Part shown: piece after piece, positions 18,035 through 27,365 of the stretch
How the letters are laid out: each line of letters starts with the position of its first letter
How positions within the stretch are numbered: the first letter of the stretch is position 1
Origin: Hyphomicrobium sp.
GTDB taxonomy: Bacteria; Pseudomonadota; Alphaproteobacteria; Rhizobiales; Hyphomicrobiaceae
Assembly: GCA_035538995.1 (NCBI GenBank)
Contig: DATLJG010000026.1
Span: 1 to 40,420, forward strand
Reading direction: 5' to 3'
Length of the DNA: 40,420 nt
The notes under the pieces: generated by a model
What the model was told of the DNA's origin: nothing
Database searches by the model: none
Seen by the model: only the letters and a program-made list of their open reading frames with translations
Translations under genes and position numbers: made by a program

Positions 18035-18062
18035 GGCGGCGGGCTTTATTGAGCCGGCCGCC
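18035..18062 (+). other. Intercistronic hairpin ctaC-ctaD
   Basis: GGCGGCGGGCT...AGCCGGCCGCC with no U tract. Confidence 0.45.
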
Positions 18063-18117
18063 TCGAGTGCAGTGGACACAATCAAAGAAAAACTTCCGGG
18101 ACAAGGGCTGTAGGACT

Positions 18118-19743
18118 ATGGGAAGCACGGCATACGCAGAGGGCGACGGTCACGATCACGCGCCGAGTTTTTTTAGGCGCTGGTTCTGTTCAACGAACCA
18201 CAAAGACATCGGCACGATGTATTTGTTGTTCGCGATTTTTGCGGGCTGCATCGGCGTGTTCTTGTCGGTGATGATGCGCTTGGAGCTTCAGGATCCGGGC
18301 CTTCAGTACTTCGCCAATCCAGGCGTCTATAACGTCTTCGTTACCGGACATGGCTTGGTCATGATTTTCTTCATGGTCATGCCCGCGATGATCGGCGGCT
18401 TCGGCAACTGGTTCGTGCCGCTGATGATCGGCGCGCCCGACATGGCCTTCCCGCGCATGAACAACATCAGCTTCTGGCTTCTGCCGGCTGCGTTCGCGCT
18501 GTTCTTGATTTCGCTCTTCGTTCCGGGAACGGCTGACGCAGACGGTGTCGGCACGGGCTGGATCTTGGTGGCTCCGCTGTCCGGTAAGGTCGGTCATCCC
18601 GGACCGGCAGTCGATTTCGCGATTTTGGCCGTCCACTTGGCTGGTGCGTCGTCGATCCTCGGTGCGATCAACTTCATCACGACGATCTTCAACATGCGCG
18701 CGCCCGGCATGACGCTGCACAAGATGCCGCTTTTTGCCTGGTCGGTGCTCGTGACGGCGTTCCTGCTGCTTCTTTCGCTTCCGGTTCTCGCTGGCGCGAT
18801 CACCATGCTGCTGACCGATCGTAACTTCGGTACGACCTTCTATGATCCGGCCGGTGGCGGTGACCCTCTGCTTTACGCCCACTTGTTCTGGTTCTTCGGT
18901 CACCCCGAAGTCTACATTCTCATTCTGCCGGGCTTCGGAATGGTCAGTCACGTCGTTTCGACGTTCTCCAAAAAGCCGATCTTCGGTTATCTGGGAATGG
19001 CGTATGCGATGGTGGCGATCGGCCTGGTCGGCTTCGTCGTGTGGGCTCACCACATGTACACAGCCGGACTGAGCGTCGATACCCAGGCCTACTTCATGTT
19101 CGCGACGATGGTCATCGCCGTGCCGACGGGCGTGAAGATTTTCTCCTGGATCGCAACGATGTGGGGCGGCTCGATTCAGCTCCGCGTGCCGATGCTCTGG
19201 GCGCTCGGGTTCATCTTCCTCTTTACGGTCGGTGGCGTCACGGGCGTCATGTGCGCCAACGCCGGTATCGATCGTTCGCTGCACAATACCTATTACGTCG
19301 TCGCGCACTTCCATTACGTGCTGTCGCTCGGCGCCGTCTTCTCGATCTTTGCTGGTTGGTACTACTGGTTCCCGAAAATGTCGGGCTACATGTACAACGA
19401 GTTCCTCGGGAAGCTGCACTTCTGGCTGACCTTCATCGGCGCCAACGTCCTGTTCTTCCCGCAGCACTTCCTCGGACTGGCTGGCATGCCCCGTCACTAT
19501 GCTGACTATCCGGAAGCCTATGCGTACTGGAACTTCGTTTCGTCGATCGGGTCGTACATCACGACCGCCGGCCTCGTCGTGTTCCTGTTCGCGATGTTCT
19601 ACGCCTACTTCATTCGCAAGGAGAAGGCCGCGAGCAATCCGTGGGGTATCGGCGCAACGACGCTGGAATGGACACTTCCATCTCCGCCGGCTTTCCACTC
19701 CTTCGAAACGCTGCCGCGCATCGCGGCAACCGATCATCACTGA
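18118..19743 (+). CDS. ctaD: Cytochrome c oxidase (aa3, A1 type) subunit I
   Basis: [51 protein letters not shown] 18118 follows AGGA. Confidence 0.97.
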   Translation: MGSTAYAEGDGHDHAPSFFRRWFCSTNHKDIGTMYLLFAIFAGCIGVFLSVMMRLELQDPGLQYFANPGVYNVFVTGHGLVMIFFMVMPAMIGGFGNWFVPLMIGAPDMAFPRMNNISFWLLPAAFALFLISLFVPGTADADGVGTGWILVAPLSGKVGHPGPAVDFAILAVHLAGASSILGAINFITTIFNMRAPGMTLHKMPLFAWSVLVTAFLLLLSLPVLAGAITMLLTDRNFGTTFYDPAGGGDPLLYAHLFWFFGHPEVYILILPGFGMVSHVVSTFSKKPIFGYLGMAYAMVAIGLVGFVVWAHHMYTAGLSVDTQAYFMFATMVIAVPTGVKIFSWIATMWGGSIQLRVPMLWALGFIFLFTVGGVTGVMCANAGIDRSLHNTYYVVAHFHYVLSLGAVFSIFAGWYYWFPKMSGYMYNEFLGKLHFWLTFIGANVLFFPQHFLGLAGMPRHYADYPEAYAYWNFVSSIGSYITTAGLVVFLFAMFYAYFIRKEKAASNPWGIGATTLEWTLPSPPAFHSFETLPRIAATDHH

Positions 19744-19762
19744 TCGGTACCGGCAAGTAACG

Positions 19763-19796
19763 GAGCGGCGGGCGAGCAGAATGCGGCCCGCCGCTC
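19763..19796 (+). other. Intercistronic hairpin ctaD-ctaB
   Basis: Perfect 11-bp stem GAGCGGCGGGC / GCCCGCCGCTC with no U tract. Confidence 0.55.
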
Positions 19797-19844
19797 TCAC
19801 AAATTGACAACGCGAACACGATCGATGCAGGCACACCACGCGCA

Positions 19845-20768
19845 ATGAGCATCCAAGGCGAAATAAGTCAGGCTGATCTGGTTCTGGAGCCAAGCGTCGG
19901 CGACTTCATTCAGTTGATGAAGCCGCGCGTCATGGCTCTGGTCGTTTTCACGGCTTTGGCTGCAATGCTGGCCGCTCCGGGGGCTCTCAACCCATTTCTG
20001 GGAACGATTGCGATCATCTCGATTGCGATCGGCGCGGGCGCTTCGGGCGCTCTCAACATGTGGTACGACGCCGACATCGACGCGCGGATGGCGCGCACCG
20101 CAGCGCGTCCGCTGCCGCGGGGCCGCGTCACGGCCGATGAGGCGCTGAGCTTCGGCGGCGTCCTGTCCGTCGGCTCCGTTGTGACGCTCGGCGTGCTCGT
20201 CAACTGGGTCGCTGGTGCGCTGCTCGCGTTGACAATTGCCTACTATATCTTCGTCTACACGATGTGGCTGAAACGCCGGACGCCGCAAAACATCGTTATC
20301 GGTGGAGCAGCGGGTGCCTTCCCTCCGATGATCGGCTGGGCGGTCGTGACCGGTGACATCAGCATGCAGAGCCTTCTTCTGTTTCTGATCATCTTCATGT
20401 GGACGCCGCCTCACTTTTGGGCCTTGGCGCTCTACCGCTGCCGCGACTACGAGCGTGTCGGTGTTCCGATGCTGCCGGTCGTTGCGGGGCCGCAGGCGAC
20501 GCGGCGCCATATCCTGATTTATTCCATTCTTCTCGTTCCGCTCGCTGTTGTGCCTTACTTCGTCGGGCTCGGTGGAATCGCTTATCTCGTGCTGTCGACC
20601 GTGTTGGGCGCGGTATTTCTTGCCCTCGCCGTGCGTGTTTACGTCACGACGGAAGGCCGCGAGGCCGACACGGCCGCGCGCCGGTTGTTCCTGTTCTCGA
20701 TCCTTTATCTCTACGCGCTGTTCGCCACGATTTTCGTCGAGGCGTTGGTCCATCGGTTTGTGGTCTGA
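19845..20768 (+). CDS. ctaB: Protoheme IX farnesyltransferase (heme O synthase)
   Basis: [43 protein letters not shown]. Confidence 0.95.
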   Translation: MSIQGEISQADLVLEPSVGDFIQLMKPRVMALVVFTALAAMLAAPGALNPFLGTIAIISIAIGAGASGALNMWYDADIDARMARTAARPLPRGRVTADEALSFGGVLSVGSVVTLGVLVNWVAGALLALTIAYYIFVYTMWLKRRTPQNIVIGGAAGAFPPMIGWAVVTGDISMQSLLLFLIIFMWTPPHFWALALYRCRDYERVGVPMLPVVAGPQATRRHILIYSILLVPLAVVPYFVGLGGIAYLVLSTVLGAVFLALAVRVYVTTEGREADTAARRLFLFSILYLYALFATIFVEALVHRFVV

Positions 20769-20779
20769 GGCGTGAACTG

Positions 20780-20941
20780 ATGAGCGAAGAAACCAAAAAC
20801 CAGAAGCAGGCGGATCTCGCGGCCGAGAAAATCAGGCGTCGGCGTTCGATTGCGATCGCGCTGACACTCGCCTTCATGGTTGTCGCATTTTACGTCGCCA
20901 CGTTTGTCCGCCTCGGCGGCAACGCCATGAACATTCGGTAG
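20780..20941 (+). CDS. coxF: Small single-TM cox operon protein (CoxF-like), 53 aa
   Basis: MSEETK...RRRRSIAIALTLAFMVVAFYVATFVRLG, between ctaB and ctaG as in the rhizobial coxBAEFGC order. GAGG upstream. Confidence 0.75.
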   Translation: MSEETKNQKQADLAAEKIRRRRSIAIALTLAFMVVAFYVATFVRLGGNAMNIR

Positions 20942-20952
20942 GAAGCAGGAAG

Positions 20953-21549
20953 TTGGAACCGAACAACGAAAAGCCCGGTAATGCCGCTCGCAACAATCAG
21001 CGAGTCGTTGCAGTTTGCCTTGGCGCCCTCGTTGTGATGGGGGGGATCACGGCCTATTCGCCGACCCTCTATCGTATGTTCTGCAGCGTCACCGGCTACG
21101 GCGGGACGACCCAGCGGGTTCAAAGCAACAACGAAAAAGTTCTCGACCGCACGATGACGGTCCGTTTCGACGGCAGCGTCGCGCAGGGCCTGCCGTGGAA
21201 GTTCGAGCCTGAAGTTAACACGATCGACGTCAAGATCGGCGAGACGTCCCTAGCCTTCTTCCGCGCCACCAACTTGTCAGACAAGCCGGTGACTGGGCAG
21301 GCAGCGTTCAACGTCACGCCGGAGGCATTAGGCATTTACTTCAAGAAAATCGCGTGCTTCTGCTTCGACGAGCAGACATTGAAGCCGCACGAGACGGTCG
21401 AAATGCCGGTGACGTTTTTTATCGACCCGAAAATGGTCGATGATCCGGACACGACGACCCTGAACGATGTGACGCTGTCGTATATCTTCTATCCCGTCGC
21501 GAAGGCGACGGCCGACAACTCTTCCAAGCCCGTGAAATCGGGCGGATGA
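20953..21549 (+). CDS. ctaG: Cytochrome c oxidase assembly Cu chaperone CtaG/Cox11
   Basis: LYRMFCSVTGYGGT, CFCF motif, MPVTFFIDP. AGGA before the TTG start. Confidence 0.95.
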   Translation: MEPNNEKPGNAARNNQRVVAVCLGALVVMGGITAYSPTLYRMFCSVTGYGGTTQRVQSNNEKVLDRTMTVRFDGSVAQGLPWKFEPEVNTIDVKIGETSLAFFRATNLSDKPVTGQAAFNVTPEALGIYFKKIACFCFDEQTLKPHETVEMPVTFFIDPKMVDDPDTTTLNDVTLSYIFYPVAKATADNSSKPVKSGG

Positions 21550-21683
21550 AGGACCGCAAGTTTTGAAGGTGAAGTTAAGCAAATAACACAAGAAACGAGA
21601 TCGAAAATTGGCCGGCGGGGCAGCGACGCCCCAGCAAGTTCAGGTTTCGATCTGGGAGACGAACGGGGACTACGGAGACCGAA

Positions 21684-22619
21684 ATGGCAGATACGCATGT
21701 GAAACATCACGACTATCACTTGGTGAACCCAAGCCCGTGGCCGCTCTTTGCGTCCGTCAGCGCGCTGGTTATGGCGATTGGTGCCATTGCGTGGATGCGA
21801 ACGCATGTCGATGGCGAAGGCGTGTTCGGCATTAAGGGGCCTTACCTGTTCGCAATCGGCGCGGTCGCGGTCATCGCATGCGCTTGGTCGTGGTGGCTCG
21901 ACGTCATTCGCGAAGCCAACCAGGGCTACCAGACGCCCGTCGTGCAGCTTCACCTGCGCTACGGAATGATCATGTTCATCGCCTCCGAGGTGATGTTCTT
22001 CGTCGCTTGGTTCTGGGCTTACTTTGACAATGCGTTCTTCCCTGGCGACGTTCGCGGGCTCTTGAACAACACGAGCCATATGGTCGGCCTGACGACGCGG
22101 AACGAAGTTTTTGGTGGTGTATGGCCGCCGATCCCCGCAGAGACCGCGGCGAACATTCCCGGCTTCTTCAAGCATACCTTCAATCCGTGGGGTCTGCCGC
22201 TCGTCAACACTCTCATCCTGTTGACGTCGGGCTGCACCGTCACATGGGCTCACCATTCGCTCCTGAAGAACGATCGGCGCGGCCTGGTTATCGGTCTGGT
22301 TCTGACCGTGCTGCTCGGCTTGACGTTCACGGGATTGCAAGCTCTCGAATATAGCCACGCGGGCTTCAGCTTCGCAGGCCACGGCTACGGTGCCACGTTC
22401 TTCATGGCGACCGGATTCCACGGCGCGCACGTGATCATCGGCACGATCTTCTTGCTGGTATGCCTTGTACGCGCGACGCGCGGCGCCTTCAGCCCGCAGC
22501 AGCATTTCGGCTTCGAAGCGGCGGCTTGGTATTGGCACTTCGTCGACGTCGTCTGGCTGTTCCTCTTCGCCTGCATCTATGTTTGGGGTGCCGGTCCGCT
22601 TGTGCCGGGCGCGGAATAG
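21684..22619 (+). CDS. ctaE: Cytochrome c oxidase subunit III
   Basis: HDYHLVNPSPWP, FIASEVMFF, TGFHGAHV, WYWHFVDVVW. GGAG SD. Confidence 0.96.
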   Translation: MADTHVKHHDYHLVNPSPWPLFASVSALVMAIGAIAWMRTHVDGEGVFGIKGPYLFAIGAVAVIACAWSWWLDVIREANQGYQTPVVQLHLRYGMIMFIASEVMFFVAWFWAYFDNAFFPGDVRGLLNNTSHMVGLTTRNEVFGGVWPPIPAETAANIPGFFKHTFNPWGLPLVNTLILLTSGCTVTWAHHSLLKNDRRGLVIGLVLTVLLGLTFTGLQALEYSHAGFSFAGHGYGATFFMATGFHGAHVIIGTIFLLVCLVRATRGAFSPQQHFGFEAAAWYWHFVDVVWLFLFACIYVWGAGPLVPGAE

Positions 22620-22658
22620 GCAGCTTGGCGAAGAGCCAAGAGAAAACCGAAGTTTTGC

Positions 22659-22690
22659 GAGAGGCGGCCTCTGGTCGCCTCTCCTCTTTT
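22659..22690 (+). terminator. Intrinsic terminator after ctaE
   Basis: GAGAGGCGGCC-TCT-GGTCGCCTCTC followed by CTCTTTT. Confidence 0.6.
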
Positions 22691-22768
22691 CGAGCTGTTT
22701 GGAATTGAACTCGCTCCTGCAATGCGCAAGTTTTATGCGCGCTCTCGCAGAGGAAAGCCGAGGTTCGC

Positions 22769-23143
22769 GTGCATAGCTCAGGCTCACCCGTTTCGCCGCT
22801 CGAGGCCGGATTGAAATGCCGGTGTCCTCGTTGCGGAAAGGGCAAGCTGTTCTCCCACATGCTCAATATGCGCGAGCGTTGCGATCAATGCGGACTGGAT
22901 TACCGGTTTGTCGACACCGGGGATGGTCCAGCCGTCTTCGCGATTTTCATTCTCGGCTTTCTATGTGTTGGCGGCGCGCTCATCGCGGAGTTCAAGTTCG
23001 GCGTCCCCTGGTGGGGTCATGTCCTGCTCTGGGGAATTTTCACGCCCGTCTTCGCTATTTTCCTGCTGCGCTTTCTGAAATCGACGCTTATCGCCCTTCA
23101 GTTCAAAAATAAGGCCGAGGAAGGTCGTCTCGCCAAGGAGTAA
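22769..23143 (+). CDS. DUF983 family membrane protein
   Basis: CRCPRCGKGKLF, C..CGLDY...D.GDGPA, two TMs. Usual position before SURF1. Confidence 0.85.
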   Translation: MHSSGSPVSPLEAGLKCRCPRCGKGKLFSHMLNMRERCDQCGLDYRFVDTGDGPAVFAIFILGFLCVGGALIAEFKFGVPWWGHVLLWGIFTPVFAIFLLRFLKSTLIALQFKNKAEEGRLAKE

Positions 23144-23145
23144 CG

Positions 23146-23925
23146 ATGTTTGCGCGCTGGCGTGCAGCCGGTCTCATCATTCCATCGCTTCTAACCCTTG
23201 CTTTGCTGCCCGTGCTCATCGGGCTCGGCAATTGGCAATGGCACCGCAAAGCGTGGAAAGAGGATCTGATTGCCAAGGTTGAGGCGCGGCGCACCGCCGA
23301 GCCGGTTTCTTATCCCGCTGCATTGGCGAAATACGTCAAGGACGGCGACGTCGAGTATCTGCACGTCCGCGTGACAGGCACGTTCGATTACGCGCACGAG
23401 CGTCATCTCTATGCGCCGACCCCCCAGTCTCAGGGGTGGCACATTTACACGCTGCTGAAGCCGCAAGGCGGACTGCCGCCGGTTTTTGTCAATCGGGGAT
23501 GGGTGCCCGACAATCTGAAGGACCCATCAAAACGAGCTGAAGGCAACGTCGCCGGACCGGTCACGGTGACGGGTTTGGTGCGGTTGCCGGAACACAAAGG
23601 CTGGTTCACGCCCGACAACGATTATGCCGGAAACCGATGGTTCTGGCGCGATCTCGACGCCATGCGATGGGGCGCCGACGGACCGCCGCCCGCGCTCCAG
23701 TTTTCCTCCGACAAAGAGCAAGCTTACGCGCCGTTCTCGATCGATGCCGACGCAACGCCTGCAAATCCGGGCGGTTGGCCCAAAGGCGGAACAACGGAGA
23801 TCCATCTGCCCAACTCGCATCTGCAGTACGTCATAACGTGGTACGGCACGGCGCTGGCGTTGATCGGGGTTTTCGCGGTCTTTGCCCGGCAACGCTTGAA
23901 GGAGCTGGACGACAAGTCTTCGTAA
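23146..23925 (+). CDS. surf1: SURF1/Shy1 family oxidase assembly protein
   Basis: LGNWQ..R..WK, VNRGWVP, N.HLQY..TWY. Confidence 0.93.
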   Translation: MFARWRAAGLIIPSLLTLALLPVLIGLGNWQWHRKAWKEDLIAKVEARRTAEPVSYPAALAKYVKDGDVEYLHVRVTGTFDYAHERHLYAPTPQSQGWHIYTLLKPQGGLPPVFVNRGWVPDNLKDPSKRAEGNVAGPVTVTGLVRLPEHKGWFTPDNDYAGNRWFWRDLDAMRWGADGPPPALQFSSDKEQAYAPFSIDADATPANPGGWPKGGTTEIHLPNSHLQYVITWYGTALALIGVFAVFARQRLKELDDKSS

Positions 23926-24035
23926 CTTTAACGCAACCGGGAACGCCTGCCGCTGCGGGCCCCGTGCCAATCTTGTTCCATTGCATTGCGGCCAGTAGGT
24001 TGGGGTCGCTTCTTTAAGTCGTCGCTTGTGAGATC

Positions 24036-25445
24036 GTGACATTGAAATACATTTCTACGCGCGGCCGGGCGGAGTCGCTTGGGTTCGAAGATGTCCTGCT
24101 GGCCGGACTTGCACGTGACGGCGGACTTTACGTTCCCGAAACTTGGCCAACCCTGACGCCCGATACCATCGCCGGGTTTGCCGGAAAGTCGTTCGTCGAG
24201 ATTGCCGTCGAAGTCATTCATCCGTTCACGGGCGATGAGATTTCTCGCGGCGAGCTTCACCGTATGGCGTCGGAAGCTTACGCCGCGTTTGACGTGCCCG
24301 AGGTGACGCCACTCATTCCCCTTGGCTCGGGTTTTACAATTCTCGAACTTTTCCACGGCCCAACTCTGGCGTTCAAAGACGTGGCCATGCAGCTGCTGGC
24401 ACGTCTGATGGATCACGTGCTGCAAAAACGAAATGCCCGCGCCACGATCGTCGGTGCGACCTCAGGTGACACCGGCGGTGCCGCCATTGAGGCCTTCCGG
24501 TCCTCCAAGCGCGTCGATGTTGTGATCCTCTTCCCCGAGGGCCGTGTCTCCGACGTCCAGCGCCGGATGATGACGACGCCGCAAGAGACGAATGTTCACG
24601 CCGTCGCCGTTCAGGGCACGTTCGATGATTGCCAGGCGCTCGTCAAAGCCATGTTTAACGATCATGCCTTCCGCGATCGTGTCGAGCTTTCCGGCGTCAA
24701 CTCGATCAACTGGGCCCGCATCGTTGCGCAGGTGACCTATTATTTCTGGGCGGCGTCGCGGCTGAGCAGCGCCGGAAAGCCGCTCTCGTTTGCGGTGCCG
24801 ACGGGTAATTTTGGCGACATATTTGCGGGCTACGTCGCCAAGCGCATGGGACTGCCGATCGACAAACTCATGATCGCTTCGAACGAGAACGATATCCTGC
24901 CGCGCGCCGTGACCACCGGCGTTTACGCGATGAAGGACGTCATCGCGACGACATCGCCGTCGATGGACATTCAGATCTCCTCGAATTTCGAGCGCTATCT
25001 GTTTGAGGCTTCGGGCCGGGACGCCGATTTCGTGGGAAGCGCGATGGCGTCCCTCATTGCCACGGGCCGCTTCGAACTCGGCCGCGTGTGGCCTCAACTG
25101 CAATCCGATTTCGCCGCCGTATCGGCATCGGAAAAGGACGTGGCGGACGTCATCAAACGGACGAAAGACAAAGACGATTATATTCTCGATCCGCATACGG
25201 CATGCGCCGTGGTCGCAGCGGAAAAGATCGACTTCGCGGGCGATACGGTCGTGCTCTCCACCGCGCATCCGGCAAAGTTCCCGGATGCCATCGAGGCCAT
25301 CACGGGCGCACGCCCGGGCCTCCCGGCGCATATGGCCCATCTGATGAGCGATGCCGAAAGGTACGAGACATTGCCGAATAGCCTTTCCGCCGTTCAGGAT
25401 TTCATCTTGAAGCACTGCCGCGTGACCACAGGAACATCTTCATGA
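24036..25445 (+). CDS. thrC: Threonine synthase
   Basis: YISTRG, GLA.DGGLYVP, ELFHGPTLAFKD (PLP Lys), ATSGDTG, NSINWAR, PTGNFG, TAHPAKF. Confidence 0.96.
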   Translation: MTLKYISTRGRAESLGFEDVLLAGLARDGGLYVPETWPTLTPDTIAGFAGKSFVEIAVEVIHPFTGDEISRGELHRMASEAYAAFDVPEVTPLIPLGSGFTILELFHGPTLAFKDVAMQLLARLMDHVLQKRNARATIVGATSGDTGGAAIEAFRSSKRVDVVILFPEGRVSDVQRRMMTTPQETNVHAVAVQGTFDDCQALVKAMFNDHAFRDRVELSGVNSINWARIVAQVTYYFWAASRLSSAGKPLSFAVPTGNFGDIFAGYVAKRMGLPIDKLMIASNENDILPRAVTTGVYAMKDVIATTSPSMDIQISSNFERYLFEASGRDADFVGSAMASLIATGRFELGRVWPQLQSDFAAVSASEKDVADVIKRTKDKDDYILDPHTACAVVAAEKIDFAGDTVVLSTAHPAKFPDAIEAITGARPGLPAHMAHLMSDAERYETLPNSLSAVQDFILKHCRVTTGTSS

Positions 25446-26743
25446 CAACCGAGCTGACGACGCTCGCCAACGGCATTCGCGTCGCGACGCACCGGATGCC
25501 CAATCTCGAAACCGTGTCGCTCGGTCTATGGGTCGCTGTCGGATCCCGGCATGAACGCGACGACCAGCATGGGCTGTCGCACTTCCTCGAACATATGGCG
25601 TTCAAGGGCACCAAATCGCGCTCCGCGAAAATGATCGCCGAGGAAATCGAAAGCGTCGGCGGCGATCTCAACGCCGCCACCGGCCTCGATACGACCGCCT
25701 ATTACGCGCGTGTTCTGAAGGGCGACGAGGGTGTCGCGCTGGAGTTGATCGCCGACATTTTGCTGAATTCCAAATTCTCCGCGCATGATCTCGATCGCGA
25801 ACGCATCGTTATTCAGCAGGAGATCGCATCAACCGACGACAGTCCCGACGACATTATCTTTGATCTGATGCAAAGCGCGGCATTTCCCGATCAGGCGATC
25901 GGCCGTCCGATCCTCGGAACCAAGGCCAGCGTCGGCCGATTTCGCGCCGCCGACCTGAACGGTTATCTCGAAGAACACTATCTCCCTGATGATATTGTCG
26001 TTTCGGCCGCCGGCGCCGTCCACCATGACGAGATCGTCCGCCACGTTCAGGCCCTATTCGGGAGGCTCACTCAGGGTCTTCGGGGAGCCGAGTCGCCGGC
26101 GGACTACCGGGGTGGATTTGCGGCGTCGGCCAAGCCGTTCGAGCAAAGCCACGTTCTGATCGGATTGCCTTCGCCGTCGTGTCTGGACCCGGCCTTCTAT
26201 ACTGCGCAGGTCTTTTCCGGCCTGTTCGGTGGTGGAATGTCGTCTCGCCTGTTTCAGGAGATCCGAGAGGATCGAGGTCTGTGTTACTCGATCTATTCGA
26301 GCGTTTGGGGGGTCAAGGATACCGGAATGCTTGCTGTGCATGCCGCCACCGCGCCTGAGAAGGTCGAGGAGCTTGCCGCTGTGGTCGCGCAGGAGCTTAA
26401 GGCGCTGGCCGATTCCGGCCCCACGGACGCGGAATTGCTGCGTGCTAAGGCCCAGCTCAAGGCGGGCCTGCTGATGGCTCTCGAAAGCTCATCGGTCAAT
26501 GCCGAACAAATGGCGCGGCAACTCTTGGCGCAGGGCCGCCTTGTGACTGTTTCTGAATTGGTCGAAGAGGTCGAAAACGTCGACCATGCCCGCATCAAGG
26601 AATTTGCTGGTGACCTTCGATCGGAAATCGCGTCCGTCGCGGTGATCGGTTCGGGGAAAAAATCGTCGGCGCAGGCTGCGCGCGTTGCGGCGCTGTTCAC
26701 GCCCGCCGCCGCCGATGCTATGACCGGACAGGGAGCGAGGTAG
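25442..26743 (+). CDS. M16 family (pitrilysin/MPP-like) zinc peptidase
   Basis: Inverted zinc motif HFLEHMAFKGT, GGGMSSRLFQEIRE.RGL.Y. Confidence 0.93.
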   Translation: MTTELTTLANGIRVATHRMPNLETVSLGLWVAVGSRHERDDQHGLSHFLEHMAFKGTKSRSAKMIAEEIESVGGDLNAATGLDTTAYYARVLKGDEGVALELIADILLNSKFSAHDLDRERIVIQQEIASTDDSPDDIIFDLMQSAAFPDQAIGRPILGTKASVGRFRAADLNGYLEEHYLPDDIVVSAAGAVHHDEIVRHVQALFGRLTQGLRGAESPADYRGGFAASAKPFEQSHVLIGLPSPSCLDPAFYTAQVFSGLFGGGMSSRLFQEIREDRGLCYSIYSSVWGVKDTGMLAVHAATAPEKVEELAAVVAQELKALADSGPTDAELLRAKAQLKAGLLMALESSSVNAEQMARQLLAQGRLVTVSELVEEVENVDHARIKEFAGDLRSEIASVAVIGSGKKSSAQAARVAALFTPAAADAMTGQGAR

Positions 26744-26750
26744 CAACGCC

Positions 26751-27365
26751 GTGGCCTTTCTTCGCGCAGTCCGTCCGGAAGAAGATATCGACGTCATCCG
26801 CGGCCGCAAGGTTGTGTTGCGCCAGCCGGTGGCGGCCGACTACGCGGAATGGGCCGAGTTGAGGGCCCTCAGCCGAGCCCACTTGACGCCGTGGGAGCCG
26901 ACGTGGGCGGCCGATGATCTATCCCGCAGCATGTACCGCCGCCGTCTTCGCGCCTACGCGAAGGACGTGCGTGACGACGTCTCATATCCCTATTTCATTT
27001 TCGATAGCGCGGCTGGAAACCTCGTTGGCGGCATGACGCTGTCCAACGTCCGCCGCGGATCAGCGCAGATGGCATCGCTCGGCTACTGGATGGGCGCGCC
27101 TTACGCGGGACGCGGCTACATGCGCGAGGCCGTTGCGACGCTTCTTCCGACGGCGTTCGGAACGCTCCGGCTGCATCGGATCGAAGCTGCAACGATGCTT
27201 CATAACGCGGCCTCCATCCGCGTACTGGAGTTCTGCGGTTTCGAGCGCGAGGGGCTTGCGCGCTCATACCTCAAGATCAACGGGCGCTGGGAAGATCACC
27301 TCCTTTATGCGCGTCTTATCGGCGTGCCTCTCGCTGCTGAGCCAAGACCGGGCGGGGGGGCCTAA
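26751..27365 (+). CDS. RimJ/RimL-type GNAT acetyltransferase
   Basis: L.PWEP.W, LGYWMG..YAGRGYM, LHRIEAA, N.ASIRVLE..GF.REG, YLKING.W.DH. Confidence 0.9.
   Translation: MAFLRAVRPEEDIDVIRGRKVVLRQPVAADYAEWAELRALSRAHLTPWEPTWAADDLSRSMYRRRLRAYAKDVRDDVSYPYFIFDSAAGNLVGGMTLSNVRRGSAQMASLGYWMGAPYAGRGYMREAVATLLPTAFGTLRLHRIEAATMLHNAASIRVLEFCGFEREGLARSYLKINGRWEDHLLYARLIGVPLAAEPRPGGGA

Noticed and set aside
18190-19893. 567-aa antisense ORF over ctaD, and similar long shadow ORFs (483-1331, 10166-11326, 17094-18020, 21489-22787, 38029-39222)
   Set aside because: They lie opposite well-supported genes. High-GC codon bias depletes antisense stops, and the translations show no motifs.
17046-23925. No ctaA (heme A synthase) or subunit IV gene in the cox cluster
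   Set aside because: These are normally encoded elsewhere in alphaproteobacteria.
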